A stretch of 64,000 nt of DNA from Neodothiora populina. Taxonomy: Eukaryota. The stretch is from the NCBI RefSeq assembly GCF_041146345.1, contig NW_027191408.1, positions 186,001-250,000 of the forward strand, read 5' to 3'. The position numbers and the translations under genes are program-made. Positions within the stretch are counted from its first letter, which is position 1, and each line of letters starts with the position of its first letter. This document shows positions 11,753 to 24,480 of the stretch, piece by piece. The notes beneath the pieces are model-generated. The model did no database searches. It was not told where the DNA came from and saw nothing but the letters and a program-made list of their open reading frames with translations.

Positions 11753-12518
11753 GTTAATTTGCCATGGAGATTAGAGCTTTATTTCGTAGATGCTGGGTAT
11801 AAGACCCGGCTGATAGATAAGATAATTGACGACTTACGTTACAAACAAAGCATCATGACTTGCCCCGATCCGGACAGTGCAAACATGTCTTTTCACATTC
11901 AATAATGACTTTTGTTCTTTAGACAGAGGCGAGAGACAATCCGTCTCACGCAAGAGGCCTTCGGATCCTCAAAATGAAGGGTCAGTATGATTCATGTTCG
12001 GCAAGCACCGAGACACATAGAGAAGCAGTACCTTGATGTCCTGTAATGTATTATTTGTACAAGGTAAGGTAGGTATGTTACCTTATCCACTCTGGATTTT
12101 CTCTGGCCGGCCCGTTCGGGAGCGAGTCGACGCCAAGGACTCCGACCCCACGCGGTGGTGTCTGGCTCCTGCAGTCGCGGGTATACGGGCGATACACGGC
12201 GAGGCGGATGGAGTCCTTTGTACCACAGTAGAAGGCAATGCAGGTGTAGTATGTGCAGCAGCAGCAGCAGCAGCAGCAGCTCGGCGTGCAGGTATCCCGC
12301 CTATTGTATACGTGAACCGACGACTCGTGAATCGACGACGCGATAAGCGCATACAGCAACAAGTATATTTTCCCCGCCCACCAAGAAGTGGTTTTGCGCG
12401 CGCGCGCGCTCACACGGACTCTGCTTACTACGCAAACGAACACATCCGAGAGAGCGCGTCTTTTCACGACCCGGATCTGGATGCTTCGCCCGTCGCGAAA
12501 TTCGAGGCGCTTGTAGGG

Positions 12519-12594
12519 ATGGGCGAGCAAGCTGATGCAGGTCAGCCGCATGCGACGGCGACGAATGGTCAGAGCCAGCCACAGCAGCAGCAGC

Positions 12595-12635
<41 letters not shown>

Positions 12636-14282
12636 CGAATGAACGACGAGCAAGGGAATGGAACGGGATCTGACAGACAAACATCGACACCACATGTCTT
12701 GCCCGTGCGAGGCGGAGACGTCGAAGGAACCCCGAAAAGCGAAGTCAATCACGGCACGAGCACGAGCGCCGACAACGCAGAGAACGACCAGGGCGGGCCG
12801 CCAAAGAAGAAGCGACGGAAGGTCAATCATGCTTGCGTCTATTGCAGGCGTTCGCATATGACTTGCAACCTCGAGCGGCCATGCGCGAGATGCATCAAGA
12901 GGGACATCGGGCACTTGTGCCATGACGAGCCCAGAGAACCGAACAAGCGCGCGAAAAGCGAGCCTGAACTTGCTCCGGCGGATGCGAAACCACTGGATAT
13001 TGGGGTGCGGAATCAAGAGCAGATACGCTCGTTCAACGATATGGGCTCGGGAAAGCCTGGAGCGAATGACATGGGGGTTTTGTCACTGTCGCAAGCCAAA
13101 CCTTCGTCTCCCAGACAGTTGCAGAAGCAGTCAAATGCGTCGCAGCCATCGACTTTTGGCGATTGGAATCTCGAATCCTTGAATCAGTTTCAGGAAGTGC
13201 ACAAGATTCATCCGAACTACTCCTTCAACACTTCGGAAATGTCCAACGAATACAACATCTTGGGTGACTTTCTTAGCAACAGTCTGATGGATGATGGTGC
13301 GCTATATGGCGAGGATACTCCAAACCTGTTCAACGATCCATTATTGTCTGCGGCTGCAGCGATGAACAACAACAACAATTTCATGAACACAAATAGCATG
13401 ACCCTTACAGGAGGACAAAACAGCAATCAACCTATGGGCCCACCACAAAACACATCCGCGGGGGAGGTGACGGGGTCGTCAAATGTGAACCCCGTCGATA
13501 CGAAAGCGCAAGACAAGTTCTATATGACCGCAGCAGATCCGGCAGGCAACGACACCGCAGAGGAACGCATGAATAAGCTACTGAAGGCCAAGTACGACGC
13601 AGGAATGTTGAAGCCTTTCAACTATGTCAAGGGCTATGCACGGCTCAACAGATACATGGAGCTCAACATGCGTCCTGGCTCACGTCAAAAGATCCTACGA
13701 CAACTGGAAAACTTCCGGCCGAAATTCAGGGAGAAAATGCAAAGTCTCACCGACATGCAGCTTGTGTTTGTAGAGATGTGGTTTGAACGCACGCTGATGG
13801 AATATGATCGAGTATTTGCCAGTATGGCTATTCCGGCTTGCTGTTGGCGGCGCACAGGGGAGATATATAGAGGGAACAAGGAGATGGCAGAGTTAATACA
13901 CGTGCCCATCGAGGACCTGCGCGACGTGAGTATCCAGTGCGGCTTACCATGTCAAAAAACAGAGCTAATTGTTTGTGCTCAGGGCAAGTTGACCTTGCAT
14001 GAGATCATGGCTGAAGACTCGCTCGTCAGCTATTGGGAGAAATTTGGCGCAATTGCCTTTCAACCTAACCAAAAGGCAATCCTAACGAGCTGCTCCATCA
14101 AGAACCCGGACCAGAACGCAAAAGATCCTCTATTGCGTTGCTGTTTTTCATTTACTATTCGTCGAGATACCCATAACATGTAAGTGCGGCCAGACCTTTC
14201 TAAAAGCAGAACGTGCGCTGACAGGTCTCTTGCCAGTCCTTGTTTGATAGTTGGCAATTTTCTGCCTATACAGCCCGAGTAG
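12519..14282 (+). CDS. acuM: Zn(II)2Cys6 transcription factor with C-terminal PAS-like domain (AcuM/RDS2 type, gluconeogenesis regulator)
   Basis: CVYCRRSHMTCNLERPCARCIKRDIGHLC cluster; LKPFNYVKGYARL, IPACCWRRTGEIYRGN and CCFSFTIRRD motifs. Introns 13926-13982 (in frame) and 14180-14236 give the end IPCLIVGNFLPIQPE*. Start codon uncertain; 12519 preferred over the ORF-track 12033. Confidence 0.85.
12580..12636 (+). repeat. (CAG)/(CAA)n polyQ tract in the acuM-like gene
   Basis: cagcagcagcag followed by ~14 caa units, in frame as a long Q run. Confidence 0.9.
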
Positions 14283-14563
14283 GCATGGACTGAATGTGAC
14301 AGCTTATGGCGCATTAAGTAAAGTTACATAATGTACATAACTGACCGTACTCCGCTTCACAGCAAATGCATGAAATGCATCAAGTATATATTGAGAAAGC
14401 CTACCTTACGCGAGGCAGTCACACTGGGTGCCATTGTGCCTTCTGCTTTTGTTGCGCCTTCCGACTTCCTCACCCGCGAACGTGCATCGTGACTTGTCTT
14501 CCGACCACACTCTCACAGATTACGCATAAACACATACTGTTTTCACAAACAAAGCTTGGAGGA

Positions 14564-17500
14564 ATGGCCCCGCCTCTCAGCGCAAAGACAGAGAAAGAGC
14601 AGAGAGTCGCAGCGATATTGGGTATCAAGGGTGATTCAGACTCCTGTTCTGATTGCGCTAACAACATGCTAGGCTTCGCGTCGCAGCTCCAGAAGCAGCT
14701 CGACAACAGTATCATCGGCTCCTCGACAGAAGAACATCTTGGGCAGCACCTCAGCAAAACTTTTCCTGTGCCGACATCGTCTTCTATCGAAGAGCTCGAA
14801 ACTCTCGGCAGATCGCTATGGAATGCCTCGATCCCTTTACGGCAACAAAGTTTCGGTACCATGGCATTTTTGCCCAAGCTCAGAGTGTTCGCATTCTATC
14901 TACTCGACATGGCATATCAAGCTCTCCATAAGCGCAGACATGGATCCACTGATAATCTTGTACGGGTGCTGCGTGTCGCGCTAAAAGCTGGGAAGTTGTG
15001 CATCGAACGCAACCAACTAGACCTGTGCGGTCGATTGTTCGAGCGCGCAGCTTCATATGTGGAAACACAAGACCGGGAACAGAAACCCAAGGCAGATCCA
15101 CATGATCAGGCCGGAAGAGTCACGGATGGCATTCTTGAGGAGCTGGTCGCCGAGTATTACCTGCTTCGTGGCGGTCTCGCCTGGAAGAATGGCCGCAACG
15201 ATCTCGTGGAGTACTGGCTGTCCAAGGCTATCATTAGGGGCGACCTTGGCAATTCTGCTGAGCTTGTCGAGAAGAAGGCTGATCTTCTCTATGAGATTGG
15301 TCAGGAGGCTCTCAAGAACAAACAGAACTCTGTTGCTGTGCAATGGTTGCAGAGAAGCCGTGACAGTATCGACACTCTAGATGCTGAGGCACTTAGCCCT
15401 GACTTTTGCGAGCTTCGTTTTGCTGTCTTAAGTGAGCTGATACGGGCGCTGATTGCGTCGAAAGATGAAGAGTCGTTGGCCAGAGCATCTGACATGCTGT
15501 CTATGTTACAGGTGGAAGATACGGAATTCAAGATGTCGACTTGTCTTCTACAGCTCGATCTGTTCTCCACGCAGATCCCCGTTGACACCGAAGCCTTTCT
15601 CAGTGTCCTCTGTCGAATCATCCAGACAGCACATATGATTGAAAGCAACTTCCAAACGATCATGCACCTGATACATAAGCTTCGAAAAGCAAACGAAAAG
15701 GATAGCAGTGTTGATACTACAAGCGCGGATCTAGCATGCCGAGCGATCGATTGTCTTCTCCCGCGAATCTTCGAAACAGGCAACCAAGAGTGGCTCGAGA
15801 GAGTAGCTGTTGTCAAGATACTGGTCCTCACTTCTGTACAACCAACTTCAAATTTCACAGATACTCTGCAGAACATGTTCGATGAGATCTTGCAAAGCAC
15901 TGGACGACCATTTAGCCCTGAAGCAACACACGCAGCTCAAAGCCTTCTGTGGAGGAAAGTTGATATGACACCGCTAGCTCAACACGATAGAAGCCCGGAG
16001 TTATGGTGCCGACTTGCGTGTCATCCGCTTTTTGCAAAGGCTGGCAACCTCAATAAAGCTAAGCTGAGCCGGAAGATGATACTCCACGCCCTCACAACAG
16101 GAGATGCAATCGCTGCTCGAGCGGCGTATTTTCAGATGCCCGAGAGTGGAAAAGCAGCTGCTATCACAAACTATATCATGTACAAAGTAGCCCTTCGCTC
16201 AAATGATGCCGATCTTGCTGCACTGTCACTTGACGGCGTAGTGAAAGCATCGACGAAAGATGCATCTTTCTTGTATGCGTGCGCTTCGGAGGCCCAGCAG
16301 TCTGGCGACAGAACCCAAGCCATAGCTGTTCTACAGAAAGTCCTAGATCATCACAGTACAAGCACGCGAATCAACATCTATTTACCGGCCCTGCTACGAT
16401 CAACAATGAAGTTGATCATCATTGAAATGGAGAAGGAAAAAATGGACAAACTCACCGCATTATCGGAGTTGTGTAAGACTTTTGAAGATGCGATGTCTCG
16501 GGCATCGACATTCCGAGAGGTAAAGCCCGGGATACCCAATGATAGGTATGAAGCAGAACTACAGTGGTTCGCGAGTTACAGCTACAATCTGGCGGTTACT
16601 CATCTCGCTGATATCCGACTTGAACTGGTAGTTCGCTTCATGACCGTCTGCAGCGCTTTTACAGAGCTGCTACATTGCGAAAGTAAGCAAGACAGCGACA
16701 AAAGACTCCAGTATCGCCTATTGCTCTGCCACTTCGTACATGCATCAGCTTTAGTAGTACTTGCAAGGTCTGAAGACAATGTCGAGCACTCGTTGTCGTT
16801 CTACCTTGATGTGCGACGTCAAGTCGTGGCCTTTCAGACATCTTACCGGCAAGGAACGAAAATGTCCGAGTTTGATGTCGAACTTCGTGACGACGTGATC
16901 GTCAAGGACTTCGAACTCTTGAAATATGATCTAGAGGCTCTATTGAAGCTTCGGAGTTGGAACGACCTCGATCGAGTGCTTGAAGTAAGATGCATTGATG
17001 CAAAGTGAATCTCTGCTGTTGCTGGCTGACAAAACAGCTCTGCCTAGCACAACAACATAGCACCCGCTGGGGGACGATTGCAGATGTCGTTATTCATATA
17101 CATACTCACATCGTCAACGAGCAGTTAGACCCGCACTATCAAGCAAGTAAGTCGAGTATGCGCAAAGATCGGAATCTACGATGAATTGACCTCATGGAAG
17201 AGATCCCACTTGTAATGGAGAAAATTATCAACGCGTCTTGGAAGCAACATAATCGAGATGTACGGAAGCTATCTCGCTGGATAAGATGCCTGTTTCAGAT
17301 GACGTTAGAGATCAACCCGAAGATGGCACTAAAATGCCTTGAAAATGCAAGAGCCATAGCGGGTCAAGCGAATACAGCCGAAGTAGGTTTTTATCCTCGA
17401 TCATGACTGAAGATGCGGTTGCTAATGAGGAACAAAAAAGGTCGTGAACGGCTACCCCAAAGACGAGGTTGCGTGGCTCGCTACAAGCGCTTTCAACCAT

Positions 17501-17650
17501 TCTGTCGATCTGTTTTGTGCACACGAAAAGGACAAAAGCCGCACATGGGCCGAGAATGCACTTAGCCTTGCTATGATAGCTGGGAATGACAGAAGCCTAC
17601 ATGCAGCTCTGCAAGACAAATGGTTGCGCATGCAAGCATGCGAAATCTGA
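14564..17650 (+). CDS. SPO22: Meiosis-specific TPR protein SPO22/ZIP4 (TEX11 family)
   Basis: Helical-repeat protein of ~950 aa with family-typical LETLGRSLWNAS, LRVFAFYLLD, ELQWFASYSYNLA, KLSRWIRCLFQ and YPKDEVAWLATSAFN segments. Introns ~14622-14672, ~16985-17037, ~17147-17200 and ~17383-17440. Confidence 0.85.
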
Positions 17651-18566
17651 ATTATAGTTGGAACAGGAATGCTAGTTGCACTCCCGAATGACGCGTCAGT
17701 CTAAACACAATTATCCATTTGGACTGGCTTCGCATGAAGACGTATGTCACACGTGGATGAAACCTGTGTGTCCCGACTTCTGTAGCTTTTGCGATGTACC
17801 ATCAGTACGGGGATCTCCAAAGAAGCAGGGATCAACCTGCCGAGCTAGCGAACAGATAGATAATCTGACCCAGACTTCACGACAAGCTCTTCTTCCTCGC
17901 GCCTTGCAGAAATCTTTTGGGCTTGCTCTCCATGTTCTCAGTCTCCAGCTGCATACTCAAGTACTGCCCCTCGAGAAGAGTCTTTGTGACATCGGAAGAC
18001 ATCATTCACCACCAATATGAATAGCACTTGTAGCGTAGGCATAACCATTCTCGAATGTGCAGCCAAGGTGATCAACAATCTGATGCCATGTCAAGCTTTC
18101 TTGGAAAGCTTGATCCTTACTTGGCAAGGCCGTGCCCAGCCCTAGACGCACGTTGCGTCATTCGGTACCTCGATAACACAGGCTAGCGAGCATGCCCTGT
18201 ATCTTTATTTGACCGTGAGCTAGGGCGGCTCGACTCCTCTTTTACAATCAACTCATCATGCCGTCTTTGCCGTCTCTATATGGGCATTAGAAAACCTGCT
18301 TATTGCTTATCCACTTCTGTAAATTGTCCATGATATATAAATCCTTCTGACTCGAACAGATATTGACCTGGATTTTTCTTGGCTACTTACCATTGCCCTC
18401 TCCGTTTCTTTCTTTTATTGTAGTGCAGCTGGAAACAAGCCTAACCTATAATTACACAATTCCAGACACCTTGTTAATCGCTAGCACTCTAATTCATAAT
18501 CTAAATCTCTCTTCTCGTTCCCACCTCTTTCCCTAGCTGATATCCTCGACATCACTAAACGCAAGA

Positions 18567-20679
18567 ATGGCAGATTGCAAGATATCAGACACAGTCTACA
18601 ATCTGTGTCGCAGCAGAGACAGTGTCTCGTCCCTCTTAGCGACCAATTCCTCCTTGAGTCCTGGCGAAGCAGCTAAACAGCTATACCACCCCGATGAGGT
18701 GTCCATATCGGAAGGTCGCTCTCCAACAAATCGCGTCCCAGCTTCCCAACAGGAGCTTGAACGTGCCTATGAGTGCGGCAACTTTGGATCCACTAGACCT
18801 AGCGAGTTGTTCCTGCGAGTATTCCATGACAGTTTATTGCCCCTTGAGCATGATCCGCTCATGGGTGTTTGTTCACCTTCGTTGGTGGGAAGCTGTGGTG
18901 TGATGCCGCTGACGGTTATTGGTCCCCTACCGGACATATGCAGGCACATGGTTAGTGCTGTTCCCTAATTTTCCTGAGCATTTTAATACACTCTGCTCTC
19001 ATATCTGTGAAGCAAACCTTGTGCAGATACAGATAGTGATAGTTTTCTCGAACTCTGATTGACATGTGAGTCCAGTCAAACCTGATCGCTAGGGCTGAGA
19101 AAGAGGTCTTCTTGGCTACCAATTACTGGATGGACTCGGATGCATCCAAGCTTATCACTGATGCATTGAGAGAATTATCGAGACGGGCCGCCGCAAGGGG
19201 GGAGAGAGTCGTGGTCAAGATCATCTACGATCGTGGAAATGTGAAGCAGGTCAGTCTAAGGAAGCAGACCGCTGGTTTCTATAAGGCGTGCTCCTTTAGT
19301 GTTATACTGACCATGCTACTCAATTCTAGATCTTCGACCCACATCAACTTGTAGATGAGGCTATCTATATCGGACCGAACGTGCGTCTACCCTCGAAATC
19401 GGATTGCCCAAACTTGGATCTCGAGGTAGTCAATTATCATCGTGCGGTCCTGGGTACGTTCCATTCCAAGTTCATGGTCGTGGATCGAAAGATCGGTATT
19501 GTCCAAAGCAACAATATCCAAGACAACGACAATCTCGAAATGATGTGTCATGTCGAAGGACCAATTGTGGACTCGCTATACGACTCACTTTTGATATCCT
19601 GGGATCGTTCTCTCAATCCGCCTCTGCCAATGATACAGTTTCCCGCTGCTGAGAAAACCCCGCCGACTTTCGAAGAGTCTTCTTTCCAACTCTTGCATGA
19701 CGCGCAAGGCAGGATTGTCATGCCAGCCGATACGACCAGCTACGAACGATTACCTCTCCACTGCTTCGATGATCCCCACTACGATCCCGATATCGCAAGC
19801 GAGGTCTACCGCATGCACTCGGTAATGACGCCTCGTCAGGGAGAAACCTCCGTAGAGCTAGTCACCGCCCATCTCAATCTTTCCACCCATCAAAAAGACC
19901 GTAAAGCGACATGTCCAGAATACGCACCAACCGAGCAAATGACCCCTTACATTCCTCACGCTCCCCATGCCCCATTCCCCATAGCAATGGTGAACCGCAA
20001 ACCCTACGGCGCAACCAACCACAACGGCGTCTTCGTGCCCCAGAACGAAGCCTTCCTATCCGCAGTCCGCAACGCGCAAACCTCCATCTTCATCCAAACG
20101 CCCGACCTCAACGCTTCGCCCCTCCTCCCCGAACTCGCCGCCGCATGCCGCCGCGGCGTAACCGTGACCTACTACGTCTGCCTCGGGTACAACGACGCGG
20201 GCGAGCTTTTACCCTTCCAAGGCGGGCACAACGAAATGGTCGCCAACAAACTCTACACCTCCCTGTCCGACTCCCCGTCCGCGAAATCCAACCTGCACGT
20301 GCACTACTACGTAGGCAAAGACCAGACCCTGCCCATCCACAACAAATTCAAGTCGCGATCCTGCCACATCAAGCTCATGATTGTTGACGAAGCAGTCGGC
20401 ATCATGGGCAATGGAAACCAGGACACGCAGACGTGGTTCCACAGCCAGGAAATCAACATCATGGTCGATAGTCCATTGGTCGTGGGACAATGGAGGGAGG
20501 CGATCGAGCGGAATCAGAACACGAGGGTCTATGGTAAGGCGAGCCAGGAGGACGGGATTTGGAGGGATGAGAGTGGCAACGAGGCTGAGGGCGCGATTGG
20601 CAAGGATGCGGGCAGGTTCGCTTGGGCCAAGGGCGTTGTCGGCGCTGTGCAGAGGGTTAGAGGCGCTGGTGGGTTTTAA
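18567..20679 (+). CDS. Phospholipase D/nuclease superfamily protein (two HKD motifs)
   Basis: HSKFMVVD and HIKLMIVD(x6)GNGN motifs; introns 18951-19075 and 19250-19329 join three ORF fragments in frame. Confidence 0.9.
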
Positions 20680-21097
20680 TGAGGTTGGAGAGTTGTTTAA
20701 TTCGTAAGTTTGGTCTGTGGGGAGAAGAATTTGTCATTGTATCTTTTGTAGTTCGGATTGGGGAAGGGAGCATGTGGACAGGGTCGCCTACGATCAAGAC
20801 GAGCAACGCAGCGCATGTCTTTGATGTCTTTATTACTTCTGAGTTCAAGACTGTGTGTCCATTTCCTTGCCCAAACCAACAATTACATCAGTGGACGAGA
20901 AGACGAGGAGAAGAGTAGGGCGTTTTCGTCCACGACTGTCTGTCGAATTGGTATTTTGGATTAGTCTTGGATTCAGGACCCATTCGGTTCTTATCTGTTC
21001 CATGCACTCATTAGATCCTAAATCACCTCTCACGTTTTCTACTCGTTCCTCAATACCGTGAAATTCACATGTATGTAGTCACATAAGTGCTTTGCTA

Positions 21098-21099
<2 letters not shown>

Positions 21100-21129
<30 letters not shown>

Positions 21130-21138
21130 CTTTTTCTT
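21100..21138. repeat. (TTC)n microsatellite
   Basis: About 10 cttctt units in the convergent intergenic region. Confidence 0.9.
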
Positions 21139-21744
21139 CCACTCCACTATCTGTGATCGAGCATACTACGCGTCCAACCTCCAAATCCCAGCCAGACCTG
21201 CCAGACCTGCTAGATTTCCGCCAACGTTCAGACTACGCCGAGATCTGCCAAACTCTGCCATACTTCAGCAAGCTCGCCAAAACTCGCCATACTCCGCCGA
21301 GCTCACCGGGTACTGACTTTGCCAAACACGCAGAGACTAAGGGTGTGTACGACAAGCCAAGGCTATCCCGGCGATATTGACTTTCGCGACTTTCCTGGGT
21401 CTTCTCTCCGTATATACTCCATCAACTGGTGAACTGAAGATGTCTGGCGGTTTAGCGTTGGAAGGCCGTGGTGATGGTGGTGGTGGTGGTGGTGTTAATG
21501 GTACTGCTTTAGTGCTGTACGCTTTGAGGAACTTCCGAGGATTGTGTGACTCGTCAATTGCCGCACACTCATGCCATGTCTCTGTTTGATGTCGTCCGTA
21601 TGAATGACCCGAGTAGGAATGGGGTGACATGTGATGACGTCCCCTGCTTTAGACTGCACGTTGACCAAGGTCATTTTGGTGATGAACGTGTCGAAACTCG
21701 AATGGTGTCCGAACAGGGTTGCTGTGTAGGTGACGGGAAATCGA

Positions 21745-24059
21745 TCAAGCGGCAGATAGTTCAGCGATGCGTCTTTCGATGTCGGGGACAGCTCTCAGCT
21801 GGAGATCTAGCTCGTCTTTCTCGCTACAGGTGGCAAAAAGGTCAGCAATCTGTCACGTGTTGTACGTGTCTTTTTCTTTCTCTGGCGGGTGGGACATGAA
21901 ACTTACTCCTCGAGTTTCAATCTGCTCTCGGCGTCTAGTCGTGTGAACACATATCCTCCTTGTCCGTTGAATTGCAGAATCCACCCGTGATAGCGCCATA
22001 GACTGCGTCGGTGCGACACGGTCATGAGGGTAATGCCCAGTCGGTTCGCCTCGTCGTACATGGTCTTCTCAATATCAGGCGTCAGACTCGACGTGCATTC
22101 GTCTAAGATTGCGTATTGTGGTCGGTGATAGAAGAGTCGGGCGGCTGCTATGCGCTGTTGGTTTCCCGTGCTGAGCAAGTCCGGCCACTCTGCTTCTTGG
22201 TCTAGACCTGTGTGCCTGTGTTTCTCCATTGCAGATGAAGGATCAATGGTCTGCGAGCGAGGGTGAACGTTAAGAAGGGAAGCGATTTGGACGCTTTCGA
22301 GAATGGCAATCAGATCGTCGTCAGTGACGCCTCGACTGCGCATGTCGGCAACATTGTCGGGGTATATGATCTGTTGGCGCAATGTTCCTCGAGAGAGATA
22401 CGGTCTCTGGGGAATGTAGAAGATGTCCTCTGCGGGCGGCTTGCGTACACTTCCACCATAGACCGGCCATAGTCCGCCCAAGATGCGGAAGAGACTGCTC
22501 TTACCACACCCGTTCGGACCGACGATCAGGAGATGGTCGCCAGGTCCGATGTGAAAGCTAAGCTTTGGGACCAGGATATCTCCATTTGGACTCACGATGG
22601 GCACGTCAACAAATTCGATGTCATCACCTTCGGTCAACTCTCCGCGACCGGAAAGGACCACAGCGTTGGCTTCTGTCGAGGCCGAGCTCACCAAGGCCTT
22701 TTCGAAATGACCACGCTGTATGTCTGCAATGACGTTGAGTAGTGTGCTGACTCTTGACGTGTAGCCGGCGAGCTGAGATATCTCTTTGTACGAGAACATC
22801 AGTCTTCCAAAGGCATCAGACGAGGACAATAGCAGTCGACGATTCGTAACAAAACTCTCGGTTCTGTCACCTGTGCTAGAATTGCCAGCACCAGGGACCT
22901 TAAAGAAAACTGGAATGCTGCACAACATCAGGCCCAGTGCGCCCCAGAAGTACTTGATAACAAAGTCCTCCATGACACCGTGATAGAATCGACGCCTCAG
23001 TATCCTGTTGACGTGCTTGATGAGAGTAAAGTATCCCTTGTCCAGAGAATCCTTTTCAGCTTCGTGTCCGTTGTATAACGCGATCTCTTCGCTGTAGTCG
23101 ATTAAGCGCGAGTGTTGGAAGCGGAACTCTCCTTCCAGGCGAGCTTCATCTGCCACATATCTGCCAAAAGGCGGCGTCAAGGCTCGCATGACACTCGCAC
23201 TAACCTGTACAAGCAATCCCATCGCGAAGAGACCCTCACCGCCGACTGATCTTGATAGAGAATAGTTGTATATGATCATATCCAGGACAGGCTTTGCGAG
23301 GTTTCCATAAAGTTCAGCGAGACTATTTGAGAACTTGGAAACATCCACCGTGATAAGCTGATCAGCGTTCTTTATCCGGTCGTCCAAAGCAGAGAGCGTG
23401 TAGAAGGTCATGTTTGACAAGTACTTGTGATGAATGTGATTCGTGAGACGAGTGCGATATTGCAGAGCCAGTTTGCACTGATGGTACGACAACTAAGACA
23501 TCGAGTCAGTATCCATAAACACATCACATATCTAAAGACGCCTCACCATCGAATTAGTAAAAGTGGCAGGAACAGCCACAATCATCCACCATATCAGACC
23601 ACCAAGAAAGTCCCTGCCTTTACCTCTGACAAGACTTGATACAAGTCTGCCATCGAGCTCGGCGACATACAAACTGATCAGCGTCCTCAGCACGAGGAAC
23701 ACACTATGGCTGATCAATAGTCTCAGCTCTTTGCTCTTCCACCCAGGTATGCATATCTTCAGCAGCCTGGTAAGATTACGAAAGAACTCTCTGTTCAACT
23801 CGACCTTCTTCCTTCCATGTCCCTCTGTACTGCCAAAACCAGGACGCTTGCGGGCCTCGGCCAGTCGTTGTGCAGCGGCCTTTTGCTCCTTTATCGCATT
23901 TCGGATGCGGTTGACCAGTACGACGAACAGACTGATATAGATGGCTCGCGAGACACGTGTTCGGTGCTTCAGATATAGACTCGTGAGGTCACTCACCAGT
24001 CGCTTCAACGAGCTGTCTGAGAAGCCCAGGGGCAGGGACATCTTTGATTGTACCGCCAT
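21745..24059 (-). CDS. PXA2: Peroxisomal ABCD-family half-transporter (long-chain fatty acyl-CoA import)
   Basis: EAA-like SEEIALYNG, Walker [16 protein letters not shown] and Walker B AILDECTS. Introns ~23486-23543 and ~21824-21906; last exon reads [28 protein letters not shown]2 rather than PXA1 is a best guess. Confidence 0.88.
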
Positions 24060-24246
24060 GATGCCGTCTCCATTGGCCTTTGTTGATGACAGTCGGAAGA
24101 TGTTCTACATGAGCTAAAGAATGATAGATAGATGTTGGATGAACATGAAAAGAGAATGCCACCTACCTTTACTGTAGATATCCCACTTAACCTACCGATA
24201 TGGACTATCACATGCGAATAACATTCGCCTTGCCCACCCCACACTA

Positions 24247-24252
24247 CCTCGG
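24247..24252. promoter_or_regulatory. Candidate FarA/FarB fatty-acid induction site CCTCGG
   Basis: Exact CCTCGG ~190 bp upstream of the ABCD transporter ATG. Confidence 0.5.
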
Positions 24253-24480
24253 CCTTTCCCCATGCCGATCAATCGACGCTCTCCCGCACTGCTAGTCATA
24301 CCTTGCCGTAGTAGTACTAGTAGCTCGTGTCTGGGGTCACAAAAGACCGAGTCACAAGGAATTAATTAGTATCACTTGCACGAGAACTAACAGAAGACCC
24401 TGGCATTAACATGCATAGAGTTAGGATATGAATTTTTTTGGTGGCACCGCGACAAAACCGCGTAGTATATCTCTGTCCTG

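Noticed and set aside
12033..12518. ORF-track N-terminal extension of the acuM-like gene
   Set aside because: Starts at a non-ATG codon and looks like promoter/5' UTR sequence with simple repeats.
13926..13982. Short in-frame stop-free introns (acuM-like, SPO22 intron 1, HMG intron 2) as regulated retention
   Set aside because: At 51-57 nt, stop-free in-frame introns are common by chance; two of them interrupt conserved domains.
14366..14563. ORF-track N-terminal extension of SPO22
   Set aside because: Non-protein-like composition and begins almost immediately after the upstream gene; ATG 14564 is more plausible.
21337..21630. 97-aa minus-strand ORF downstream of the ABCD transporter
   Set aside because: Built around a (CCA)n repeat, with no recognisable domain or consistent splice path; probably 3' UTR.
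10643..24059. Possible lipid/secondary-metabolite cluster (OYE, TF, PLD, ABC transporter)
   Set aside because: No PKS/NRPS/terpene backbone; the genes are conserved, functionally unrelated and interrupted by SPO22.
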